Assembly: GCA_963924565.1 (NCBI GenBank) | Contig: OZ004608.1 | Coordinates: 32,736,001-32,800,000 of the forward strand | Length of the DNA stretch: 64,000 bases | Source of the DNA: Ascidiella aspersa | Lineage: Eukaryota | Reading direction: 5' to 3' | Shown here: positions 37,353-49,850 of the stretch, one piece after another | Layout: each line of letters begins with the position of its first letter | Position numbering within the stretch: the stretch's first letter is position 1 | Made by a program: the position numbers and the translations under genes | The notes under the pieces: generated by a model | Told to the model about the DNA's origin: nothing | The model's database searches: none | The model's input: the letters and a program-made list of their open reading frames with translations, nothing else

Positions 37353-38444
37353 TTAATATTGCATAACTGATAAAAATCCCCTTTTTGTTAATTTACGCTC
37401 ATACTATAATAATAAAAACTTTCTAACAAAGTTTATTGCAGGTTGCTTTATTGCATAGACACACTTGATTTGCTGTGTGAAATTAATCTATTTTAAATTT
37501 CTTTTTTTTTAATGTAAAAACTTAACTATTCGCAGCTCGCACTTCGAAAAGAGCTGTTTTGTTTTTGTTCACTTGTTCACCCATTCAAATTGTATAACCA
37601 CTGTAGAAAATTTACAGTTTCTACCACGTTTTCACAGGAAAGAAAACGGCGCCAAATTAGGGTAGAGCCAATTGGTGCCGATCTCTTTTGAAGTGGGCCC
37701 ATAAACCGGCCTAATATCCACTTCTGGAGAGCAGGGCGCGCGGCCCACTCTGGCCCGGCTCGAGTATCGACGTCCAAACGAAGTGGCCGTAATTGAATTT
37801 TCTGCATGAAACAATCCCCTCGACTGGTGGCGGCGCTCGATGTGACATTAGAGACCCGATTTTTTTTTCTGAAGCGACCTATTGCCTTTTTGATGCAGGA
37901 AAGCCTATTGCGGTGGCAAATATTCAATTGGGTTTGGGCAATGGAAACTTGAAAAAAATTAAATTTTAGGGAACTATTTGACCAAAATTGAAAGGCAACA
38001 TAGCAGCAGCCATTTAGCAAAAGTAAATTATGCCTAAGGTAAATTTTAGCCGTTTTAAATCATTTCGGACTGACGCCATAAAAAAGTACACACTTATTTT
38101 CCAAAAAATAATGCAAATATTTCGATGAAACCTCTTAATTGTAAATCGAAAGATTTTTTTAAATTTTACATCAATTTCTCGCAAGCATAGAACTGTACCC
38201 TCGTTAATTCAGTTACAATTTCCAGAAAAACTGCGACATTAAATAAAACCGGCGCCGGTTTCAGCCAGAAAAACATTTTCGTTTAGCTTTTCGCGGTTTT
38301 GAAAAGCTTTTCAGGACACGGGTTTGCACTTCAAATAAAAACGGGACTTACCCGACCCAACCCGGTACGCTTGGTATACTGATAAAGCTACAACGGTATT
38401 TGGTATCCTAAGAGTAGGCGCATCTCAAGCAAAATATACAATGT

Positions 38445-38848
38445 TTAATTAAGTGCACTTAGGTCACTGTTTTTAAAATCTTTTGACTCATGACTTTGTG
38501 ACAAAATTTTTAACCTAAAGTGTACACAAATGTGTAATTCAGTGCATTTGAGTTACTGTTTTATTAAGTGCATTTGAGTTACTGTTTTTGGTAATTAATT
38601 TTTTGCGCTTAAAACTATTTCATTGGTGTATGTTGGGTTTTTGGTTTTTGTTTATGATTGGCGAGTTTACAAGTGTTTTTTGTAAATGCAATGCCTTTCT
38701 ATAGCAACGACTTCGATTGAGACTTGACTTGCTATATTTAATATGAATTGACCATTGCGCTTAAGTTAATTTGCAAACGCAAAACATTGACTCGGACTTT
38801 AGTCATTTCAAAAGTGACTAGATTACTCCACTTATAATATAAACACTG
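38445..38848. mobile_element. Old degenerate copy of the TGACT hAT MITE family
   Basis: ttaagtgcacttaggtcactgtttt matches the left arm of 57310-57820; gacttgactt units; ends aaacactg. Confidence 0.6.
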
Positions 38849-41800
38849 TACAGCTTACTACTCGGTTCCCGCTTGCTGTTTATTTACTGTCATTAGTGCT
38901 TGAGTAGGCAGGGCATGTATTTGCCTCAAACAATCGGTTATTTGAGTCTTAAAGCTGCCAAGACACGCAGCTTTTCACACCTGGTTACTTCAGTGGCGTT
39001 GTATTATGCATAAATATGTAGGCACCTGCTGTTAGCTGTGTGAGGCCTGCTCGCATTACCAGCACTGCAAAAGTTAAGCTTTCTGAGAAGCCCGGTATGC
39101 GGACTTAACTAGTTTTAAAAGGAATTTGCAAACGTTTGAGAAAAGTGTATAGTCAAATTGAAACGTTTGGTAATTCAACAGAGATAGCATATCCCTAAAA
39201 TTGTCGTATTTGTATTCGTATTTCGGAATATCATTAAACAATTTTCACAAATACCCGTTTAATCATGCATATTTTGTTTTCCAAGCGAGTAAAAAAAGCT
39301 TCAATAGAAAAAAACTGTTTAATAGCTATCATTGTCAAAAACACAAACACCGTAAAAGATAGCAATTGCCTCAATTTCCTGGTTAGAACAAGTTTGACTA
39401 TCAAAATAAAATGTCCAAGTCAAATTTAATCCTAACCCCAGTCGCTAAAGTTCATTAATAGGCCTTTTTACATGTGAGGTTCGGTTGCAATTTTTCTTGC
39501 GCAATGTTTGCAATAACAATTAAAAAGTTAAGGCTGGTAGGGCAAGTTGTTGGAAAACCTTTTTTTAAACCAGCAATTCAGCATGCTTCATGGCCACAGC
39601 ATTTTGTTGGAAATAAATACAACGTCTAGCCTAAAAGTCTTATTGAAAGTATAAGCAACTTACTCAAAATACGAAAAAGAGGACATTTGGGCATTTTTGA
39701 GCGTCCTCGGAGGACCATTCAATTTTCTTGAAAATAGAGGATAAATTCTCCTAAATTGGTAGGCCTGAATAAAAGGGTTCAAACATCACAACGTAAAGCG
39801 CAAAAGATCCAGGGAACGTGTCCCTTCCTAAACCCTATTGACAAATCCATAGAACTTCTTCATAAATATCGTACTAATTTGTTTTGTACCATTTATGAGC
39901 AGTACCTCAACAGTCGATCACGGGCACCGATAATTGTCAAGCACTTTAAGGTCACAAACAATAACGCCAACTTCTCACTTCGCACTCGCGCGCTACTTGT
40001 TCAGTCTGACATAGATGGATGACGGCTCGTGTGAAAGCACGCTTTGCATCCCGACGGACCTCGCACTATGCACAGTGCACACTGTAAGCGCGCACATATA
40101 GAAGGCACACGGCCGAAACCAGTCGTCGTTTCCCCCTTGTTTACAGGCCCGACGAATACGCGTCCCGGTCGAATAAATAAAAACTCTCGATAAAGCAAAT
40201 AGCCGACAGATTCACACGGCCTTTTGGAGGACGTCAGCTTCTTGTTTTTTCTGTTTTTTACGCCACTTTTGCCACGTTAATGGACTGCTTTTTCAAAATA
40301 AACTAAGGGTGCTGCAAAAATGTGTGAGCCATATCGATAGAAATTGAATATTTTTAGGTAATTTGAAATAACTATAAAACGCAGTGGGATGTGCTAAAAT
40401 ATCTCAGTTACAATATTTGTTAAAATAAGTTTTCAGAAAAACTTTAAAATAAAGGCACCTTTTTCGTGGTTTAATTCAAAGTAAGACAACCCTGCATGAT
40501 TCAGTGTGCTGTAATTTTTTTATTAATTAAATTGATTGTTTGCAACTATATGCAATGCAGTGGCGTAGCGTTTATTAGCTAACTTAACTTGCAATTATGC
40601 TAAACAAGGTTGCTCTATATTTAGTGTCAAAAAACAGTTGTATTTTAATGCTTTGGGATGACTGTAGCGCCGTCAAAAAAGTTCAAAAGTGCTGTCACAG
40701 TACGTAAAAAAGAACATTTGCGCCTTTAAAAAGTAGCTCCATGTTAACTACATGGCCTAGGAACCTAAGAAGGTAAGCATTAAGCGGTTAGGGTCGGTTT
40801 CCATGTGGCAATGCAAACAGGTCTCCTTTGAGAGCAGTCTGTATTTCGGAAACCTTCGTATAAGCATTCCTGCTATACATGGACACAACCAGTGGTTCGT
40901 TCTAAGAAGTCAAAAGTCATGATCGTTTTACAGATATGAAAAACCTATTTATTAGTAAATAGATTTTACATATCTGGTTTTGTCCTTGTAGCAGGAATTT
41001 AGGCGATATCAAAAAACGACGTCAGGGCTAAATCACAGTTGTACACTTGTCGTATGTGTCGAACAAAGTATAGGCCTATTGCCTTTCAAATCAAGTGGGT
41101 TCTTGTTTTTGCCAAATTTTTAGGCAATTTGTCAACGGTTAATGCCAAATCATTGATACATGATTGTCCAAGCGCACGATAGCAAATTTAATTGCGCCAA
41201 TTTGAGCAGCTGCGAACTTAGATTTATAAACTCGCGCACTGACAGGGAATACTGGACACTGCTCCAGTATCAGCACACGTGCAAACCGCGAACGCACGGC
41301 GAGCGAAAGAGATGATAAACACTATCTAACACTTGCCTGTCGTTTGTTTACGCTCCGCTCTTACGCAAACAAATTTCTTTCGGCAACGCGCAAAATCGCG
41401 ACCGCAAATGCGTCGCTCGCGAAAAAAGGGGCGCGCTGACCAGTTGAAAAGTAATAGGTAAACAACAGTTTATTTGCGTTGCGCCGCTTTTTCCAAACAA
41501 CCAAATAAAAAGCGCGAATTGGGAACTGGATCGTTTGTGCAAGTATTTACGCATGAGCTTGTCTTTTTCCCGGACCAACTATATAGGCACGCAGATGGCT
41601 GTACGTAGCTTATATGAATTTGTTCTTTTATAATAATGTTTAATTATCAGTCTGAAGTCTAAACGATTAGAAACTTAGAATTATTGGAATTGCATTAACG
41701 AAATACGACAAACGTAACAAATAACGATTGGAACCAACTGAAATGCAAAAATTATTTGCTTCTATTTTATGTCATTGTCGTCATTTACTTGCATAGAAAG

Positions 41801-43419
41801 GAGAATTCTTTTTTATAAGCTTTTTGTTTGCCAGCTAAAATACTTATCATTATGAATAACAAGAGGGTATCAATTTTCACGCCTGCTAATTTTACCTCCA
41901 ATGATAGTAGGATCCACACACCGTTTTTTTTAAGATATAGAAAATAGCGTTGGAGGAAGAACGTTAAAACTTTTCGAGGAAGAACGTTAAACTTACGCAA
42001 CCGAATACGCTTCGCTTATGAGATCGTACGCTGAACATAAATTTGACATACAACCAACACTTGCTCGCCGGTTTCAATAAAGAATAAGAAAAGGCCCCAA
42101 TTTGGCCGAGGGGGGCGGTTCGCGCGCTTTTTTCCGAGCGGGTGAATACGCGTGTATCGCGACCGCAAGACAAGATCAATCAAGTGAAAGAGCTCGATAC
42201 GAAGCCGGTCTTGTTTGCTTTTTCACTGAGCAAATTTCATTTCGGGGCCATAGGGCAAGGACTCATAAATCCGCGCCAGCAACATTGGAGAGGACCACTG
42301 CCGTTCCGATAACCTTAAATTCGCATAAGAAACGGTTGAACTTCCCGTATGTACCTATAGCTAAAATCGTTAAAAAAACATCGTTTTTGTAGTTTTATTT
42401 GCCATTGTCTTAATCCTTTTTTTAAAGAAACATTGTTTTTGTAGTTTTGCTTATAATTTTATATTTTTTCTGTGATAAAACATCGTTTTTTGTAACTCTA
42501 CAGGTAATCTTTGAGTTATAGCTTGGAAGCGTAGAAAAAAGAGAATTTTTTTTTTAAGTAATATAATTTTTTAGCGAAACGATGAAAACCTTTTCTAACA
42601 GGAGCCCAAAAAATATTAAAAAATGATGTTAAAAAGTAACATCATAACGGAACGTCAAACACAATATCTTTAGTAAACTCGAGGTTACACTTTCCATGTG
42701 CTGCAAATATGCAACTGAAAATCTTAGTTTAAACACATTTAAGAAGATGGCGGAATTGCCTGGTGTAAAAATAACATATGGCCTGGTAAAAAAATACTGG
42801 TTACGGCGTACCTGCAAACACATTTAGCCTCAACGCCGTTATGGCTTACTTTTGCCACGGTTCAATGTCCTTTCAATCTGTGTTTAACGTGAATATTTGG
42901 ATCACGAATCACAGAAAATCTTCAAGGACCACATTCGTGGGTTCAAGTGTGAAAACACCTACGGATATTTAAATTTTAAAGTGAAAGTCCCTTTGCCGAA
43001 AAATCGGTATTTCAACAAAAATCCGCCGAAACAGACAGTAAAATCACCACCCTTGAACTCATCAAACAAAAAGCTATTGTCCCCTCGGTTTATTTTTACC
43101 TCGCAACAAAATCAATCGAAAAAAATCGGTACAAAACCGACCTCGATAAGGCGTTCGTTGCCTGTCCCCGGGCAATAAGCTACGGCGCCAAAAAACGCGA
43201 GCGAATCTGTCGCCCCAGTTAATTAAACAGGCCGCGCGCCGCCGTTTGAACTTGGACGCTTTCACCTATACAAAGAACGCAGGCCGCCGACGACCACATC
43301 GGTGTGTAAATCTGTCGACAGGCCTCGTACTGGTTTCCCTGTGGGGTTACTGCGGTCGTTTCAGTCGCGACTCTGGCCTGTTTACGAGGCCGTTTTCGGG
43401 CCGGAACCCTTTTTTCGTA

Positions 43420-43873
43420 TTTTCATTATAGGTGTGTGTTTTGGAAAACAACACACGCTGGCTTTTGGCAGCGTTTTAATAAAGCCTGAATTCAAACTGT
43501 TTATAAAGAGGGTGCTATTGGTTATAGTTTGCGTATAGCCGAACGGGAGGAAAATGTGTTATTTAGTTTATCTAACGTTACTGCTATATTCTACATAATA
43601 CGTAAGGCTGGTAATTAATCGACCAAACAAAAAAAACATATGCAAAACACACTCACAATAAACTGAACGCAAAGCGGTTGAAATTGATTCGGGATCACAT
43701 TTATTAAAGGCTTGATTCTTCTATCTCGGTTAAAGAGTTTTTTTTAGTTGACATTTAGCCAGACCCATCCCTTGGTTTATTTTGACGCAAAGCTGTAAGT
43801 ACACCTTTTTTTAACTTTTCATTAGGTGTGTGTTTCGGAAGACAACATAACTGGCGTTTGGCAGCGTTTTAAT
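43420..43873. repeat. Pair of ~60-bp diverged direct repeats (43420-43480, 43816-43873)
   Basis: ttttcatta(ta)ggtgtgtgttt.ggaa.acaaca...ctggc.tttggcagcgttttaat occurs twice. Confidence 0.8.
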
Positions 43874-45965
43874 CAAAGTTTGTGGCATTGAATATTTTGC
43901 CAAAAGTTGCACGATAAATAAATGATTTTGATTAATTGGAAATTCTGATTCTCTCATCTACAGTAAATAAGATTGTTTTTTTTCTAAATATGATAAACAC
44001 AAGCTTTAAAAACAGATTATTTCTGTAATTGTAAATTACCATTTAAATTTGTTTGATTGACAGTGTTCTCTATACTTCATCAGTAACCCTTTATTTCTTG
44101 AACAGAACACAAATACGTACAATTTATTCAGTAACCCTTAATTTTTTAAAACAAAAATAAAACTTGGCTTTATAAGGGCGATATATTTATTGTACACAGT
44201 AGAGTATAAACTGGAAGACAAAACGAAAACAGACCCCAAACTGTTTGAAATAGGGTACTAGCGCAATTAACAGCTCTCATTAAAAATAATAGTCAATACT
44301 TTAACAACTGCTGAAAAGCCTCGTTAAAAAGAGAGCTTGATGCTGTTTAAAATGGCCGTATAAACTGTCCTTCGCGGCTGAGTCAGCGATTCGCAAGAAC
44401 ACGGCGAAAATCGTAAATACAAATCGAGAAAGCGTCTTCAGGTCAGCGCAACTGTAAACAGCAAAATAAATGGGCGCTGGCACATCGGAGCTCCCGCGAC
44501 TCGCGTCATACGCATCTCCGCTAATAGTTCGACATTCTCCGAAAACAACAAGCTCTTTTTATGGCCGCGCTGCGAAAATTAATTTGTAGGTGCGAAAAGC
44601 GTGGAAATCGAATGTTTAGGTGGCGGTTTGTCGGTGATTTTTTTGCCTTGTATCGCGTCTTTTCTCCCGAATCGAACCGTTACACAGCACACTGCCGCAC
44701 GAAATTTAGCTGCCGCGACAAAACAAAAATACCGCAAAAATACAGCAAAGTTTTGAATAGAATGCTCCATATATTAAACCTAATCTTGAATTTTTCTGTT
44801 TTGATTTAACTTAGATTTTACTGCTGATAACGATGTTTTTTATGTTCTTCATAATGCTAAATCTAAGATCTCCTTTTGTAAACCTAAAAAACGCTATAGT
44901 CCGTTTTTTTAGAAGTTTAATGTTTGTCAAATCGAAAATATGACACTGATATTAACAAAACATTTGCTTACCAATCTGACTTACTATATAGAATTCTATA
45001 TGTTGTACCTAAGGCATTTTTTAATTTTTATTTTTTATTTTTTATTTTTTTAATGCTATTTTTGATGTGATGTAGCTGAATAATTTTTAAAATGAACAGT
45101 TTTGTCTACAACTTACTTTTGTGTCCTTTTTTGTCAATTCATGAGTTTTAATTTGACTTGCTCGATTTCACGCTATCATTTTTTCACTTTTCAAACGTTT
45201 TGTCACCATCATTATTACCAAAACCTGTACTTTACAGCAAAGTCTGGACTAAAGGTAACACCAAAAGTAACACTACGACTACAGACAGCTGAGCTAAAAC
45301 TGCACAACGGCATAATAACTGCACAAGAGGAACGTGTCCAGTGTCCACAAAGGCTTGCAATTTAGCTCCTTTAAAATAACCCAAAGAAGTAACAACAAAC
45401 ATAGTGTAAAGTAAACAGCTTAGCGAGTCGTTTCGCAGGTGTTTACAGTTGTCCGTCCAACGTCAAGACACAACACAGTATAAGCAGCAAACAAAGTGGC
45501 AAGCAAAGAGGGAAATGCAACGCAAGAAGACGCAAAAACGGCGCAGCTAAACGTAAAGCGATCGTCGCTTGGAAAAGCGATCGTCGAAAATACCTGCACC
45601 AACTTGGCATTATCAGATTTGGCTTTTATCTGATATCATTGAACATCCCAAGAAAAGTTTGTGAACAGATCAAATGCACTTGAATATTTTATATTTGTCG
45701 ATCCCATTTATGTTGACCTGTTGACTTGTACGATTTACTTCAGAGCTGCGAGTCAGTAAAAACAACCATTGTCGAACTTCAACTAAAAAAATAAAACCCT
45801 TCCGCGTTTTGCCCGGGAACTTTTCCAGTGTCAGGTTCGACTTGCGGCTTTGGTTTGGTTTTGGTGATGCTGGGCGCTGCGAAGCGCGGAAACAACAAAC
45901 TGTACGTCGGTTGAAACCGGTCGCTGCTACACCAAATATTGCAAGTTCATGAGGATCGGGTTAAA

Positions 45966-46369
45966 CAGGAGTTCTTAGCTTTTTTGGTATGTTTTACCCT
46001 CTTAACAAAAATGAATAACAAATTTACGCCCAATATATAAAGTGTAGTTAATTCACTGAAAAAACACAAGTTACAGATTACATCAGTTATATTCAGCGTG
46101 AAGACTGCCCTTGTGTTTTGGCAACTAGTTGTTCAATGTTTGGCAAAGTAGCAGTGTAGACAATGTACAACGAATGTCAGATTCAACATGTTAAGTCGGT
46201 TTCGTGCTTTATATTTTATAGTAAGCAATGCAAAGAAGCCGCTTCCATAGGTTAGTAAAAGAAAACGGAACCAGAATATTCAGAGCTTGAATATATATTC
46301 TTGAATTTACCTCCTAAAACGAGGAAATTTGCCCCCTGGGCTAAATTTACCCCAGGTTAAGAAAGGCTG
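45966..46369. mobile_element. hAT (Charlie-like) MITE, ~404 bp
   Basis: Ends caggagttcttagc / gttaagaaaggctg (10/14); gggttaaa on both sides (45958-45965 and 46369-46376, sharing the terminal G); subterminal aaatttacccc motifs. Confidence 0.72.
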
Positions 46370-46479
46370 GGTTAAAGGGAGATGAAAATAGTGAAATTCG
46401 GGTTTTACTGTCTTATAATTATGTCTTATAATTCAAACTGAGCAAAATTTAGTTTCAGTTGGTTTGAATGTTAAAAGAC

Positions 46480-46675
46480 TGCGCTGGCAGGGTCTTAAAC
46501 AGATTACAAATTTCACAAGTTAGTAGCACTACACCGTAAGCCATGGCAGACTAAGCGAATCAGTCAATCAATAATACAAGCAACGTGCGCTAAAAATCAA
46601 TCAGCCTGCGATGAGGTTTGATCTCCCGACCTTTGCCATACCGAGACCACTTTACTAAGCTAAACATGCTGAATC
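46480..46675 (-). mobile_element. Possible old tRNA-derived SINE
   Basis: Minus strand reads tagcttagtaaag...aaggtcgggagatcaaacctc, resembling degenerate Pol III A and B boxes; no intact cloverleaf. Confidence 0.3.
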
Positions 46676-47269
46676 AACCATTGCTTCTGCATCCTGTTAG
46701 TACAAACGACTTTTTATTAAAGGGAATGTACATTTAGTAAATGAAAGGTTTAGTGGAACTATTACAAACTTTGCCAAAACACAACGTACAATTTTCAAGA
46801 AGATTTTGATTTTGTCTTTCTAATGTTGGAACACCAAATTATATTTTCGTTCGCTTTATTTACCTTTTGTTGTTTTGTTTAATTCACTTAACCTCACTTG
46901 GTTTGTTCTGTTGCCTTTCTACTTTTGCGTTTTTCACTTATTACCACTAATTGTTTTCCGCCTTTGTTTTATTGCTAAAGGGCAATTCCTTAGTTTCAGA
47001 AGAGGCTGAAACTAAAGAACCCCGGCAGTTTTGTTTTGAGCGTGGCGTGGTACACTGTATGTTTTTAGGAGCAAGCGAGCTATCGTACGCTAGCGGCTGC
47101 GCTATAGATTGCGCTTAGTGTTGGCGTTTGCGCCACACGCCCATTCTCATACTAAATACTTATGTTCAACTTGAGTGCGACGTCCGGTGGGGGACAAGCC
47201 GTTAAAGCAGTGACCAAGATAAGGCGTAACAATGTTACGCACTCTTTTCCTGGCGAACCTTGAAAGACA

Positions 47270-49850
47270 GCTAACCCAACAAAATGCTTAAATAGCAATT
47301 TTCTGCGCAAAAGGTGTCTAATTGTTCAGCGCAGTTGCGCATCACAGAACCGCAATGAAACATTTGTGGATATACACAACTATATTTCGCCACAAGTGAG
47401 TTATAGGCTTCTTATGTATCATTTCGTATTGGCTTGATTCGACAAACTTTCCTTTCAAGTTTTTTTCTGGAAATTTTGTGGTGCATTTTGGACTGTTTGG
47501 CAATGTATAACCTGTTTCTCACACTTTTTAAACCTATTATGCCTAAGCTAGTTTCGATGGCCACAATCGAAAGCGGTACCAGGCCCTATTTTGTCTTCGT
47601 TTTACGCCACTAAATTGTCAAATATAGAAAATGAATTGTGCGTATTGAAGAATCAAATGCGACTGGCTAGGCATAGCGTATGGAAGGAAACAAGTCTGTC
47701 TAAGTAAGATATTCGCTGAAAGCAAATATATTGCAGCATCGTTGAAGGAGTATATTGAAACATGACTATAGGTATGTATGCCATACGTGCAAACGATTCA
47801 GCATTGATTATTCCGGCATATGTAAACCCATCCATTCTTACAAAGAAGTCGTTCACTCATCGTAGCTCAAAATCCACCAATAGTTTGGTATGCAATCGGA
47901 AACAAGAAACTGGACGTTTAGAATGAGCAAGAGGCTCCCAGACAGCCCCGTCACCCTAATTCGTGCGCGAAATCACGTTGAAACCAGATAGGATCACACA
48001 CATCACCGCCAAATACCTTGCAACTGTAAAAGTCACACAGTCAAGTGCCAAGTGGAAGTGATTCAGTACGGAAGGAATTAAAAGGCGGCTCACATCGGAA
48101 CGGAGTCGCTTGGCCTTTTCCAGGCGAAATCCCTTGATCGTTGCCAGATCACTTGACGTATCCGCAGTGTTGTAAACAAGTCAATTTGAAATGAAGTCCC
48201 AGTAAGGTCATTTGAAAAATAACTTGAGTCCAAGTCAAGTCTTTTGCAAAATTAACAAGTCAAATCCCAGTCCAAGTTATCGGTTGCCCAAATTAAGTCA
48301 ATATGAGAGTAAGTCAAGTCATATTAGTGACGTAAATTAAACTGTTAAACAATTAAAATTGCAAAAATGACTTGGCTTCATTAAAGTGTTTTGTACGAAT
48401 TACTTTTGAAATAAAGTATTTTCCTTAAGCAATTGTCATTCGTCAAAATTTTAAATTCGCTTTAGCAATGACTTGGACTGGGACTTGACTTGGGCAGCTG
48501 ATGACTTGGGCTTGGGACGTTTTTTATTTGAAAATACTTCACCTGGACTTGAGTTATTTTACGCAAGACTTTACTGGGTCGTAATTCAGATTGACTTACG
48601 AACAACACACTATCTTCCAAAGACAGAATTTGTTGGCTATACGTTCAAAACGAAGTCACCTACTATAACGGTATTAAAAAGGTTTAAAAACTGAAAGAAA
48701 TGCCAGCCTTTTTTCTTGCCATTTTTGTAATGTTACCGTAGCAAAACAAGAGCCGAATGTTTTTTAGTCGTCATTGACACCAACCGTTAAAAAGGTCGCT
48801 TGTAAAAGTAGTGCATATTGGACTGATAAGAGGGCTTGATTTACGGATAGATACAACGTAGCGGTATAGACAAGGGTTGCGGCGTAGACTGAATGAATCG
48901 CCTTTTATCCTCTGACATAGCCAATATGTGAAGGATTGTGTACAGCTTGTAAAATCTAAGGGTTGTATACAATTCAGCAGAGTTGCAAGCAATAAAGGAG
49001 TACATATTTCGGTACATTTTCCATAATTGTATTGCTGAATTGTTCATAAGCTTCAAGCAATGTTGTATGATATACTTCTTAAGTCTATAGCCCAACTGTA
49101 ACAACAGTACCCGCTGTTTATCGAAGCAATTCGGGGCATTATTACAGAAAATGAATTCCAAAAAATGGCCAAAAAAGCGCAAAACCTTCTTTGAATCATA
49201 AGTGACAAAATAAGGCATTTCCTCCCTAAAAGTCACCAGCATTTCGCGCTCCACACTAGAGAGACAAGGATACCCCAGGCGCATGACATTTACAAGTTGC
49301 GGAAGGAAAGGCGGGGCAATTAAGCTGCGGCGATTGCGAATATTTAGGGACACCCGTCTCCTCGACTGGATTAAACCACTTCAGTTGTCGCACCAGTGCT
49401 ATTGCTTCCTTCGCACATCAAGCCAACTGCTGAGATGGCAATCGGGCAATTAGGAAGCGCCTTGGTTATCTGGGAAGTTGCAAGTGTAATCCCGTGCCAT
49501 TCCGCTGTGATCATTTTGCCTGCCTTGATATACTGAAAACGTAAGGCAGTCAAATATTCTTGAGGAGCTTATGCCCTTCTTTTCACAGCGAAAACGTTTT
49601 TGTTGAAACTTCAGTACTATAGTTGGTTATGTTAAAATCGTAGGCATAAAGCGCTATTTTTCTTTCGACTGCAAAAACATCTTTGCATTAAACCATTTTG
49701 CGTAAAATTCAACAGGCGAAAAATTGAGGACACGAAAATTGACGCTGGACATCCTAAAGATCTCAAATACAACCTAAACATAAAAATCGCAAGGAACACT
49801 GCGGTTAATGTAATACTTCATATTGCCTCAAGAAACCAATAGTTAATATA
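47270..49850 (-). pseudogene. Decayed cGAS-like receptor (cGLR / Mab-21 family nucleotidyltransferase) pseudogene with C-terminal extension, interrupted by a MITE at 48165-48610; ends approximate
   Basis: Colinear motif matches to cGAS across stops and frameshifts: PCDFYV*VVFEIFR (49753-49794) ~ PNEFDVMFKLEVPR; GITLA (49479-49493) ~ DITLA; SSWL (~49420-49431) ~ QNWL; VPK (49343-49351); WGI/CLSSVEREML (49237-49277) ~ WRLSFSHIEKEIL; KKVLRFFGHFLE ~ KDCLKLMKYLLE; GYRLKKYIIQHC (~49057-49092) ~ SYHVKTAFFHVC; W (49021-49023)...LRFYKL (48943-48960) ~ W...LRTEKL. Confidence 0.72.
48165..48610. mobile_element. Foldback (palindromic) member of the TGACT hAT MITE family
   Basis: Starts cagtgttgtaaacaagtca. 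48165-48350 matches the reverse complement of the right arm of 57310-57820, and 48468-48610 is a diverged forward copy of the same arm. Right TIR and TSD are decayed. Confidence 0.85.

Noticed and set aside
46590-46675. tRNA gene
   Set aside because: A/B boxes are degenerate and no cloverleaf forms; at most a SINE head.
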